The translations under genes were made by a program, and so were the position numbers. The notes beneath the pieces were generated by a model that saw only the letters and a list, made by a program, of their open reading frames with translations, was not told the origin of the DNA and searched no databases. Positions 1 through 8,738 of a stretch of 64,000 nucleotides of DNA are shown one piece after another. The stretch's first letter is position 1. Each line of letters begins with the position of its first letter. The DNA is from an uncultured Candidatus Saccharibacteria bacterium (lineage in GTDB: Bacteria; Patescibacteriota; Minisyncoccia; Phycocordibacterales; UBA12088), in assembly GCA_964459075.1 (NCBI GenBank), contig CAYWKE010000001.1, positions 4,626-68,625 of the forward strand, written 5' to 3'.

Positions 1-1426
1 CGCGTCTGATGTACGCACCCACCCCGACACAGGCGGCCATGGTAAGCACGAGCGCGAGCGCATCCCCATGAAGGACACCGCGCTCCCACGCAGGTGCCAC
101 GATGTGCCCCAGTGAAAGTACCCCAGGGACCAGAAAGAGGAGCGCAACGCCACGGGTCTCACCATGGGTGAGCAGCAGTCGGGTGAGCACGAGCGCCAGT
201 GTTGCCTCAGCAAGATAGAAAATGGTAAGGGTCGGTCCTTCGGTCTCAAGCGCCGCAGCGACCGACAACAAGACGAGCGCAACGCCTCCGTAGACGAAGA
301 ACGGTGTCCGTCGCCCAGCGAGGTGCACACACGCGAACGAACCCCACGCGAAAACGAGTGACCAGAACACAAAGAGGAGACTCATCCACTCACGCGGTAC
401 CAGGACCCCGATCGTCACGCAGAGGTAGACCGCCACGAGAAGCGCGGTCGTAAGGTAGACACCTCCCCGATTCTCGCGAGGCGCACGCAAGAGAGCCATC
501 GTGCTCGAAGTGACAAACAGCGCGGCACCCAGCGATGCCAACAGCAGGATGAGGTTCTGCTCCTCAGGGCGTGCCTGGGTAAAGGGTGCAATGCTCATGA
601 GCAAGAGGACACCGACCCCAACGGTGCTCAGGTACCCCCACCCAGTGAAGAAGACGATCCAGAGGGTGCCCACCATCACCCCTACGAGGTAAAGCACGTA
701 GAGTGTGGGTGAAGGGTCGGGGGCAGCGGTCAACAGAGGAGCAACGACCGCAAGCAGCATGCTTGCAAGGGCGAGCAGGTGTCGTCTATGGACGATGCTT
801 GCGAACGCGACGAACACGATAGAAGCGAGCATCATGAGAAGCGCTGTGGTGGGAGTAAAGAGGTCGTAGAGCCCACGCGCAACAGAGAGGGACATGATGA
901 TGGTCGTCGAACCAACGACCATGAGGATGCCGGCCTGCTGCTTGTGGGGTGTGGAAAAGCGCAGGTACCCACCCACCATCACGACCGAGCCCGCGACAAG
1001 ACCGATGAGGATGCGGCCGAATTCGCCGATCCAGTTGTTGGCGATGGCGTAGCTCAGGAACCACCCCATACCCAGCAAGAGGAAGAATGCACCCAACTTC
1101 ATGAGCCAGTCACGTTTCAGCCACGCGATGAAGCCGTTCTCGCTGTGGTCTCTCTGTTGTGGGGTATGGGGCACGGACGGCTCATATGCGACCATGCCTC
1201 CGATCGTTCCGGTCTGCGCAACGGGATACGGTGACCCTGTGGACTCACCACCCGCAGGGTATGCACCCTGAGCGGGTAGAGGAGTTGCGTGTTTGGATGC
1301 CTGCTCGTCCTCGCTTCGTACTCGTTGCTCCTCAAGGCGCGTCACACGTGCGGTCAACTCTCCCACGCGTTGGAAGAGTATGATGGTGACCACAATGAAG
1401 CCGATGAGAAGGAGGAATGAGAGCAT
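1..1426 (-). CDS. DUF2339-like multi-pass membrane protein (3' end runs off window)
   Basis: Manual minus-strand translation from ATG 1426: MLSFLLLIGF...DWLMKLGAFFLLLGMGWFLSYAIANNWIGEFGRILIG..., then many hydrophobic helices. Absent from the ORF track, consistent with its stop lying outside the window. Confidence 0.75.
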   Translation of the reverse strand, partial: MLSFLLLIGFIVVTIILFQRVGELTARVTRLEEQRVRSEDEQASKHATPLPAQGAYPAGGESTGSPYPVAQTGTIGGMVAYEPSVPHTPQQRDHSENGFIAWLKRDWLMKLGAFFLLLGMGWFLSYAIANNWIGEFGRILIGLVAGSVVMVGGYLRFSTPHKQQAGILMVVGSTTIIMSLSVARGLYDLFTPTTALLMMLASIVFVAFASIVHRRHLLALASMLLAVVAPLLTAAPDPSPTLYVLYLVGVMVGTLWIVFFTGWGYLSTVGVGVLLLMSIAPFTQARPEEQNLILLLASLGAALFVTSSTMALLRAPRENRGGVYLTTALLVAVYLCVTIGVLVPREWMSLLFVFWSLVFAWGSFACVHLAGRRTPFFVYGGVALVLLSVAAALETEGPTLTIFYLAEATLALVLTRLLLTHGETRGVALLFLVPGVLSLGHIVAPAWERGVLHGDALALVLTMAACVGVGAYIRR

Positions 1427-1428
1427 AG

Positions 1429-2478
1429 CTAACCGTCGTGCTGCTCTGCAGCGAATTCGATGTGCTTCTTAAATAAGATAGTATAGATGTCAGCAAGCCC
1501 ATAGAGGAGACTGAGGACAAGTGGCCCCAGCAAAAAGCCGGACGGTCCAAAGAAAGCAATACCCCCAAGTACAGAAACGAGAATCAACAGCGGGTGAATA
1601 CGCGCTCGTGCCCCCAAGAGCTTGGGCATGAGAATGTTGTCGACGAGCCCGACCACAAAACTCCCCCAGAGCGCGAGCCCAATGGCAGCTCCGAGTGCAC
1701 CAGAGAGAAGGAGGAAGAGCACTGCGGGAAAGATGACCGCCGCGGTACCGACACCAGGAACGAGCGCAGCGATCGCCGCTATCGAACCCCAGAGGATAGG
1801 ATTGGGGAGACCGAAGATGAGGAACCCGACCGAGGTGAGCACGCCCTGGATGAGTGCTATGAGGAGCGAGCCACGGATGACCGAGTGGATCGTGTTTCCC
1901 AGTTTATCGAGAATGGTACGATCGTAGCGGTCATCGAGCGGTGAGAGGTTGACGAGGGTACGGATGAAGTGCGGTCCGTCCTTGAGAAAGTAGAAGAAGG
2001 CGATCGAGCCAACGATGAGCGAAAGCACCAACTGGGCAGTACCACTGAAGGCAGTCCCGATGTGGCTCGTGATCCACCGCGCCACATCCCCGGTCACTCC
2101 TTCGACATCGAGCTGAAAGCCGGGAACGTGCACCTGGATGGCTCGTTCGATAGGGATCACGATGGTCGAAACGATATCCTGTCCCTCGCTGGTGAGTGCC
2201 CCCCGCAGCTGCTGCGCTTCCTCAATGAGGAGGCCGGCGATCACCGATAGGGGGATGACCACGACCAGGAGAGCTACCAGCGACGTAGCTAGCGCTGAGA
2301 GCACCTCGTGCTTTAGTCGCATGTGGATCCGCTCGTGGAGTGGGTCGGCCAGCACCGCGAACACCGCAGCGACCGCCAACGTGGGGAGAAATGGTGCGAG
2401 TATCAGGGTCGCGAGTGTGAGGACCCCAATGAATATCGAGATGAAAAAGATCAGTTGAATGCGCGAGTGCTGTTCCAT
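1429..2478 (-). CDS. AI-2E family transporter (PerM/YdiK-like)
   Basis: Multi-TM protein with FFYFLKDG, ALVPGVG, VDNILMPKLLG...IHPLLILVSVLGGIAFFGPSGFLLGP. Start taken at MEQHSR (2478). Confidence 0.92.
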   Translation of the reverse strand: MEQHSRIQLIFFISIFIGVLTLATLILAPFLPTLAVAAVFAVLADPLHERIHMRLKHEVLSALATSLVALLVVVIPLSVIAGLLIEEAQQLRGALTSEGQDIVSTIVIPIERAIQVHVPGFQLDVEGVTGDVARWITSHIGTAFSGTAQLVLSLIVGSIAFFYFLKDGPHFIRTLVNLSPLDDRYDRTILDKLGNTIHSVIRGSLLIALIQGVLTSVGFLIFGLPNPILWGSIAAIAALVPGVGTAAVIFPAVLFLLLSGALGAAIGLALWGSFVVGLVDNILMPKLLGARARIHPLLILVSVLGGIAFFGPSGFLLGPLVLSLLYGLADIYTILFKKHIEFAAEQHDG

Positions 2479-2497
2479 ACCCCGCTCAAAAAGAGCC

Positions 2498-2899
2498 CTA
2501 GCGGAGCGTTTTCTTGGTACGTGCCGCTGCCTTCTTTGCAACCTTCTTAGTAGAGGACGCAGGAGCATCCACCACATCCTTCTTTATCTTACTCCAGTGT
2601 CGCTTCAATTCTGTGCGTAGCTCATCGAGTTCGCTTGTCGTCGTCTTCTTCGCCTTGCCGTACTTGTCGACAACCTGGTCGACCGCCTCTTCGTAGGTAT
2701 CCTTGCTCACCTCACGCATGCCGTCGATCTTCTCCAGCACGTCTGCACGAGCTTTGAGGGTCCAGGTCTTGAGCTCGGTGCGACGCTTCTTTGCCTGTGT
2801 GCCGAGAAAGAAGTAGCTCATCGCTGCTCCTGCTGCGACCGCGCCGAGGATGGTCAACGGGCCTGCGCCTTGCTTCTTTGGTTGTTTCTGTGATGCCAT
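2498..2899 (-). CDS. YtxH-like protein
   Basis: Gly/Ala-rich TM (LGAVAAGAAMSYFFLG), then a charged helical region and a Lys-rich tail. Confidence 0.6.
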   Translation of the reverse strand: MASQKQPKKQGAGPLTILGAVAAGAAMSYFFLGTQAKKRRTELKTWTLKARADVLEKIDGMREVSKDTYEEAVDQVVDKYGKAKKTTTSELDELRTELKRHWSKIKKDVVDAPASSTKKVAKKAAARTKKTLR

Positions 2900-2926
2900 A
2901 TGTTTTGGTTTTAGTAAGTACTACGT

Positions 2927-3274
2927 CTATTCATCGTCCTCACTCTGGCGCTTCTTGCGACGGGTACGCTTCTCCCCCATTGCTTCCCGCACAGAAGAGA
3001 CCAAAAAGGAAAGCGCTTCGCGCATACCAACACTCGCCACGAATGCTTTGGTTGCGCGGGAGGTGGCGTGCACGGTCGCCTTCACATCTGAGCGCATCTC
3101 ACCGAGATCCTCCACCAGCTCCTCGACCTCGCGCCGAGCTGTGGCTGCTACGTGCGCTATGTCACGCAAGATCTTGATGACGAACGCGAGTACCACGATC
3201 CCTAGCACCGTAAGGATGACGAGCGCAATGGAACTAATGAAAAAGAAGATGTCTGCTTTGATGAGTGAGTCCAT
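2927..3274 (-). CDS. DUF948-like single-TM coiled-coil protein
   Basis: MDSLIKADIFFFISSIALVILTVL TM then a helical region. Adjacent to the YtxH-like gene. TATACT lies 7 nt before the ATG. Confidence 0.6.
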   Translation of the reverse strand: MDSLIKADIFFFISSIALVILTVLGIVVLAFVIKILRDIAHVAATARREVEELVEDLGEMRSDVKATVHATSRATKAFVASVGMREALSFLVSSVREAMGEKRTRRKKRQSEDDE

Positions 3275-3381
3275 GAACACCAGTATACCCCGGTGTGCCT
3301 CCTGGTCTAGTGTTCGAACACCCCAACGATGAGGAACGCGCCACCCCACAGCATATCCCAGCGTGCTATACTCCACTCACT

Positions 3382-4200
3382 ATGCACGATCGTCGGCCAC
3401 TCCTTATCGTCGTCGCGCTGGTGGGGCTGCTGGTTACCTTCCTGGTGCTGCGACGACTCATCCTCGGTCCGCCTGCCGAGATGCTCGTGGGGCTCACGCT
3501 GCGCGGTGCTGATGCGGTGGCATGGGAAGAGGTCACCCTCGTTATCGATGACGTATGGCTCTCCCAACACGATGGTCGGTGGGTGCGTCTCTCCCGACAC
3601 CCCACTACAGTCACCGCGGGCGAGGTGGCAGAGAACCGGTTTCTACCCATCAGCGAGTCGTGGCGTGGTGCAGGTCGATACGACCGCATCCGCCTTCATG
3701 TTGCTGAGGCCTACGCACGAGAAGGTGGCGGACGCAAAGAGGTACGTCTGCTCTCTGACGAGATCGCACTCTCGCTTCCGATCGAACTCGTACGCGGTGA
3801 GACCTCCTCGGTCACACTAGCGCTGTCCCTCGCTGCATCACTCCGCACCGTCCCCGGAGGTGAGGTAGCCCTCTTGCCGCAGATCAGCGTCGAGAGCAGG
3901 CGCGGCATATCCTACACAAAGAGCGAGAGCGGGCTGCTCGACCTCTCGGGCGGTTCCCTCCTGTTCTCCGGCGTGTTCGGCGTGACTGAGTCGGCTGGTA
4001 TGCGACTGAACTACCGCCTCCCCGATGAGCGCGTGCTGTCGTACGAGAGCAACATACTGTCTGTTATTCCCGAACCACGTACCCGTATCGAGCCCTCTTC
4101 CCTGCGCCCGCGAGCAACCTCGACCCCGCCTGAGGTATCGAGGCCGCCTGAGTCGATCGCACCCACGAGCAGTGCTACTACCACGGCGACCTCTAGCTAG
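3382..4200 (+). CDS. DUF4382-like membrane-anchored beta-rich protein
   Basis: N-terminal TM; VTLVIDDVW...W..L...GRYDRIRLHV...IELVRGETSSVTL pattern; S/T/P-rich tail. Extended -10 (TGcTATACT) lies 9 nt upstream. Confidence 0.6.
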   Translation: MHDRRPLLIVVALVGLLVTFLVLRRLILGPPAEMLVGLTLRGADAVAWEEVTLVIDDVWLSQHDGRWVRLSRHPTTVTAGEVAENRFLPISESWRGAGRYDRIRLHVAEAYAREGGGRKEVRLLSDEIALSLPIELVRGETSSVTLALSLAASLRTVPGGEVALLPQISVESRRGISYTKSESGLLDLSGGSLLFSGVFGVTESAGMRLNYRLPDERVLSYESNILSVIPEPRTRIEPSSLRPRATSTPPEVSRPPESIAPTSSATTTATSS

Positions 4201-5170
4201 CCACCTCAGCGAGACACTCGTTGTACGCGTGCGCCTCATCATTGTACTCCTCAACGTGTGCACGCTGGCGCGCCAGGAGCTCATTGTAGTTTGCGACGAG
4301 GGTGTTGTACTCCTCGACCTTTGCAATATACGCTTCTCCTGAGGGCTGTGCTGCCTCAAGATCCTCCCGACGCGTGGCGAGCTCTGCTTGCTGTACTTCC
4401 AGAAGAGCGTCCTGTTCCTCAATATCCTCTTTGAGCCCTTGATCGGGTGCGGGACAGACAGAGCGAGGTAACCCAAAGCTCTGTACGGCAACCCAGTTGA
4501 CCTCCCCTTGGAAGGTCGCGCGACGCGCGGCGATACCGATCTCACTGTACTTTTCGTGCAGGATATTTGCTCGGTGTCCCGGACTCTCCATCCATGCTTC
4601 CACTACGTGAGCATCGTCTCGGAAGCCACCATAGGCAAGGTTCTCACCCACCAGAATGTACTGGTACCCTGCTGCCGCGGCTAGTTCCTGGATCCCGTCC
4701 CCCGTCGGGGATTCGTGCTGGAAGTAGTCTCGCGCGATCATGTCAGCGAGCTTGCGCTCTGCCATCTCGGTGAGCTGCGGGTCGACCGAAAACGCGGACA
4801 TCCCGCGTGTGGTTCGCTCGAGGTTCGTCTCACTGAGTATACCTTGGGGCGAAAGTGCAGCCGCACTCTCTGCGTACTCCTCTTGCTGAGGCAGGATCTC
4901 AGAGACGACCGGCACGTCGCGAACACGCTCGACCACGCGCGTGAGGGGACCAGGTGTAGTCGCCGGGGCAGGTACCGACCCCTGCTGCTCCTGAGCTGGC
5001 TCCGCTTCTTCAAAGGTAACAGCGTCCCACAGTCGGACAGCCGGAGCACGTTCTTCTTGTGGCGGCGCGAGCGCGACAGCCCCCTCAGCCGTTGGGGCAG
5101 TCGCCGACTGCGGCAGAGCACCCGAGGAGAACAGGAACGCGAACCCTAACAGGTAGAAGAACACGTGCAT
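4193..5170 (-). CDS. CAP (SCP/PR-1) domain secreted protein with C-terminal coiled coil
   Basis: Signal peptide; TNLER...YFQHESPTG...VGENLAYG...VVEAWMESPGHRANILHEKYSEIGIA. Confidence 0.92.
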   Translation of the reverse strand: MHVFFYLLGFAFLFSSGALPQSATAPTAEGAVALAPPQEERAPAVRLWDAVTFEEAEPAQEQQGSVPAPATTPGPLTRVVERVRDVPVVSEILPQQEEYAESAAALSPQGILSETNLERTTRGMSAFSVDPQLTEMAERKLADMIARDYFQHESPTGDGIQELAAAAGYQYILVGENLAYGGFRDDAHVVEAWMESPGHRANILHEKYSEIGIAARRATFQGEVNWVAVQSFGLPRSVCPAPDQGLKEDIEEQDALLEVQQAELATRREDLEAAQPSGEAYIAKVEEYNTLVANYNELLARQRAHVEEYNDEAHAYNECLAEVAS

Positions 5171-5211
5171 ACGTCTCTAGTATACCAGAGTCATCTGAGA
5201 TGTGGCGGACG

Positions 5212-5727
5212 TCAGATGATCGAGTCGATGAGCCATCCCACGCTGTAGGCGATCGTGGAAGCTATACCACCCACGAGGAGCATTTCAAGGCCTGAGGTGA
5301 AGAACGAGCGTCGGGTGACCCAGGAACGAGCACCTCCTACCAGAAAGAACGCGAGAAAGGTTGCAGCAATGGAGGCAAGGTAGGGCTCCGGACACCACGT
5401 GGCAGGCAGCATGAACGGGATGAGCGGGATGACACCGATGACGACGAACGCAACGAAGGTGGTCAAGCCGCTATTGAGCGGTGCGTCGTCGGTGGTATCG
5501 CCCCCTGTCACCCGGTCCACGTCGCGCTCTGAGGAGACCGCGAGGTAGCTCGACGAACCCATGGAGAAGCCATCAGCAAAGAGGTTTGCGAACCCGAGAA
5601 TGAGGAAGACCGATACCTCAAGAGAAGCACCCGCAGCGCTCGCTACGATCGCGAATGTGGTGATGAGACCGTCGTTCGCTCCGTAAATGAGATCGGGTAG
5701 GTAGGCAGTGACGAATCGCTTGATCAT
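5212..5727 (-). CDS. VIT1/CCC1 family Fe/Mn transporter
   Basis: DLIYGANDGLITTFAIVA...GFANLFADGFSMG signature. Confidence 0.93.
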   Translation of the reverse strand: MIKRFVTAYLPDLIYGANDGLITTFAIVASAAGASLEVSVFLILGFANLFADGFSMGSSSYLAVSSERDVDRVTGGDTTDDAPLNSGLTTFVAFVVIGVIPLIPFMLPATWCPEPYLASIAATFLAFFLVGGARSWVTRRSFFTSGLEMLLVGGIASTIAYSVGWLIDSII

Positions 5728-6476
5728 GGATCTTCAGGAAGTGCTTCGGGTTCAGGCTGTGGAGAGGGCTCTATCAGCACGTACCCACGTGGGCCGTAGT
5801 CAGGTCGCGGTACCTCTTCTTGGGTGAACCACGCGTCCGGCACTTCGATATCGGCAGCGTACACGTCGCCCACTCGTTCACGTGCTTCGCCGCGGGTAAG
5901 CCCACTTTTGGGCAGTGCTATTGCTAAGATCGCACTTGCTCGTATCGAAGGCCCGACCACGCCCTCGTTCGCATCTATACCTGAAGGAAGATCGAGAGAG
6001 AGAACAGGTCGGCCGCTGTCATTGACCAGACCAATGAGCCGCGCTACTTCACCCCGCACCGCGCCCGCAACCCCATAGCCAAGGAGCGCATCAACAACGA
6101 GATCCGTGCCTCGCAGGAGGTCACGCAGCTCTGCATCGCTCGCCTCTTCTGAGAGACCGACCATGACCGTATCAGGGAGCTGCTCGAACTTGACCTTTGC
6201 GACCGGTTTGAGGAAGAGCTCTGCGCGGGAGAGTACGATGCGCACGTCGTGCCCCTCGTGCGCGAGGATGCGCGCCGCCACCAACCCTGCACCTCCGGTG
6301 TTCCCAGAGCCAATGAGGAGGAGAACGCGGTTGGTCTGTGGGAACTGGTCGTGCACGAGCGCTGCGGTCGCGCGGCCCAGCCGCTCGTGCATGCGCGCGA
6401 GCGGCACTTTGTACTGGTGCACCATGCGCTCATCAAGATCCTGCATGGCAAGCTTAGAAAGAGTGTACATGCTCAC
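5724..6476 (-). CDS. nnrE: NAD(P)H-hydrate epimerase (YjeF N-terminal domain), divergent
   Basis: GSGNTGGAGLVAARIL, VVDALLGYG, SLDLPSGID motifs. Start is GTG 6476 or ATG 6470. Confidence 0.82.
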   Translation of the reverse strand: MSMYTLSKLAMQDLDERMVHQYKVPLARMHERLGRATAALVHDQFPQTNRVLLLIGSGNTGGAGLVAARILAHEGHDVRIVLSRAELFLKPVAKVKFEQLPDTVMVGLSEEASDAELRDLLRGTDLVVDALLGYGVAGAVRGEVARLIGLVNDSGRPVLSLDLPSGIDANEGVVGPSIRASAILAIALPKSGLTRGEARERVGDVYAADIEVPDAWFTQEEVPRPDYGPRGYVLIEPSPQPEPEALPEDP

Positions 6477-6544
6477 ACACTAGTATACGGCTCTGCAGCG
6501 CACGCTGTACAGCGCTTTGTCACCACCACAGTTCAGTTCAAACG

Positions 6545-7726
6545 TTACGAGCGCACCGGCTGTCGCTCTTCAACGATCTCAAGAAGACGATTATACTTGG
6601 CAATGCGTTCTCCGCGCGCAGGTGCGCCCAACTTGAATGCGTCAGCGGCGACCGCAACCGCAAGGTCGGCAATGAACGGATCGTTGGTTTCCCCACTGCG
6701 GTGTGAGACCGCGACGAACCACTTGTACTCACGTGCACGCGCGATCGCATGCAGCGTGTCGGTCACGGTTCCGATCTGGTTGGGTTTGATGATGAGACCC
6801 GTGAGCGCACCGGCCTCTTGGGCTGTGACCATGCGGTGCACGTTCGTCGTGGTGACATCGTCACCAATGACCCGGGTCGTCTCCGGAAGCGCGCTCGTGA
6901 GCGCAGCGTGGTTCGCAAGATCGTCTTCAGTGAACGGATCCTCGAGGTAGCACAGTGGGAACCGCTCAGCAAGACCGCGGTAGGTCTCAACCGAGAGGAG
7001 TGAGGTGTCAGCTACCTCATTCGCTGCAGCGTCCATGCCGTAGCCCATGAACGTGGGCTCAAGCTGCAGTCGGTCGCGCACCTCGTCAAAGAGCGTGAAG
7101 GGCTCGGCGGGGTCCTGGCAGGCGGGTGTGTAGCCGCCTTCGTCACCGAGTGAGGTCGCGTGTGAGCCGAAGCGTTCAACCAGGAGTGTGCCTAACTCGT
7201 GATAGAATCGCGCGGTCATGTGAATGCCGTACTCAGGATGCGCAACCTGCGGTACGATCATGTACTCTTGGAAGGGCAAGCCGGAACCCGCGTGGACACC
7301 ACCGTTGATGAGGTTCGCGAGGAGTTTGGGGTAGCCCGGCGTGGTCCCCGCGAGCTGAGCAAGGTAGCGCCACACCGGCATTCCCTCGCGCGCTGCGAAC
7401 GCCTTCACAACTGCGATCGATACGCCGAGCGTTGTGTTGCCACCCAGCTTCGAGAGGTCGTCCGTGCCGTCAAGCTCGTGCAGGATAGTATCGACACGCT
7501 GGGGATTGTCGAGTACGACCCCCAGGAGCGCATCCTCAATGGTACTCTCGATGTACTGAATGGCCTCGGTGACCGATACACTCTTCACCTCGTGGGAACC
7601 AGCACTCTTCCCTTCAGGCACGGCAGCGCAACCAACCGAACCATCAGAGAGATGGACCGAGACCTCGAGGGTCCACGTGCCGCGACTCGTGAGAATGGGG
7701 CGAGCTGTGAGCTTTGCAATGGTCAT
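6545..7726 (-). CDS. eno: Enolase
   Basis: ILTSRG, NGGVHA, FQEYM, GDEGG, EDPF.EDD, IGDD, KPNQIGT, SHRSGET, RGERIAKYNRLLEI. Confidence 0.97.
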   Translation of the reverse strand: MTIAKLTARPILTSRGTWTLEVSVHLSDGSVGCAAVPEGKSAGSHEVKSVSVTEAIQYIESTIEDALLGVVLDNPQRVDTILHELDGTDDLSKLGGNTTLGVSIAVVKAFAAREGMPVWRYLAQLAGTTPGYPKLLANLINGGVHAGSGLPFQEYMIVPQVAHPEYGIHMTARFYHELGTLLVERFGSHATSLGDEGGYTPACQDPAEPFTLFDEVRDRLQLEPTFMGYGMDAAANEVADTSLLSVETYRGLAERFPLCYLEDPFTEDDLANHAALTSALPETTRVIGDDVTTTNVHRMVTAQEAGALTGLIIKPNQIGTVTDTLHAIARAREYKWFVAVSHRSGETNDPFIADLAVAVAADAFKLGAPARGERIAKYNRLLEIVEERQPVRS

Positions 7727-8736
7727 GCACCTACCGCATTCTGTGGTTCACCTGCAAGCACGCTCGCAATGTTGTCGATCGTGGTTTGCATAATGCGCTT
7801 GAGGGCCTCTTCAGTATTGAATGCGCTATGTGGGGTAACAATGACCGACGGGTGGTCGATGAGGATGTGGTTCGCCAATAGGGTTCGCATGTGTTCGGTC
7901 TCGTGCAGGTGGTGCGCCAGGAACGACAACTCATCTTTGACGATACCCTCTTCCTCAAACACGTCGAGTCCTGCGCCTTTCAGCCGCCCTTGGGAGAGTC
8001 CCTCCACGAGCGCCTCCGTCTGGATGATGGGGCCGCGGGACGTGTTGATGATGACCGCACCCTCCTTGACCTGGGTGATGTTCTCGCAGTTGAGCATGTG
8101 GTGGGTCGCCTCCATGTAGGGCACGTGGAAGGTGATGACGTCCGAACTCGAGATCAGTTCCTCGAACGAGGCGTAGCGCATCCCCTGTTCATTCGCAAAC
8201 TCCTCATTTGGGTACGGATCGTAGCCGATGACCTCCATGCTAAAGCCCCTCCCGATCATGACCGCATGCCGCCCGATGTTGCCCGTACCCACGACTCCCA
8301 ACGTGCGGCCCATGAGGTCGAACCCGCGTAACTGGTGAGGGTTGAAACCTCGTCCCTCACGGACCTGCTCGTACCCATCGGTGATACGTTTGGAAAGCGA
8401 GAGGAGAAGTGCGAAGGCGTGCTCGGCGACCGTGTTCGATCCGTACGTCGGCACGTTCATGACAGTGATGGTACGCTCCTTTGCCGCCTCTAAGTCGATG
8501 TGGTCAAAGCCGGTCGAGCGGGTGGTGACGAATTGCAGTCGAGGGAACAGCTCCATCGTCTTTCGGTCGACGACCGAGTCGATAAAGACCGAGATACCTT
8601 CGACCGAGCGATCATCAGGGAGTGCGTCGTGCAGCAGCGGCCCCTTGATGAAGGTCAGTTCATTCCCATCTGCGATAGGCGAGGAGCGTACGAAGTCCTC
8701 TTCCCAGTCCTCAGCAATGAAGAAGGCAATGTGCAT
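7723..8736 (-). CDS. ldhA: D-isomer-specific 2-hydroxyacid dehydrogenase (D-lactate dehydrogenase-like)
   Basis: RSTGFDHID, NVPTYG, VAEHA, GTGNIG, INTSRG, LDVFEEE, TPHSAFNT. Substrate specificity cannot be fixed from motifs alone. Confidence 0.85.
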   Translation of the reverse strand: MHIAFFIAEDWEEDFVRSSPIADGNELTFIKGPLLHDALPDDRSVEGISVFIDSVVDRKTMELFPRLQFVTTRSTGFDHIDLEAAKERTITVMNVPTYGSNTVAEHAFALLLSLSKRITDGYEQVREGRGFNPHQLRGFDLMGRTLGVVGTGNIGRHAVMIGRGFSMEVIGYDPYPNEEFANEQGMRYASFEELISSSDVITFHVPYMEATHHMLNCENITQVKEGAVIINTSRGPIIQTEALVEGLSQGRLKGAGLDVFEEEGIVKDELSFLAHHLHETEHMRTLLANHILIDHPSVIVTPHSAFNTEEALKRIMQTTIDNIASVLAGEPQNAVGA

Positions 8737-8738
8737 GG

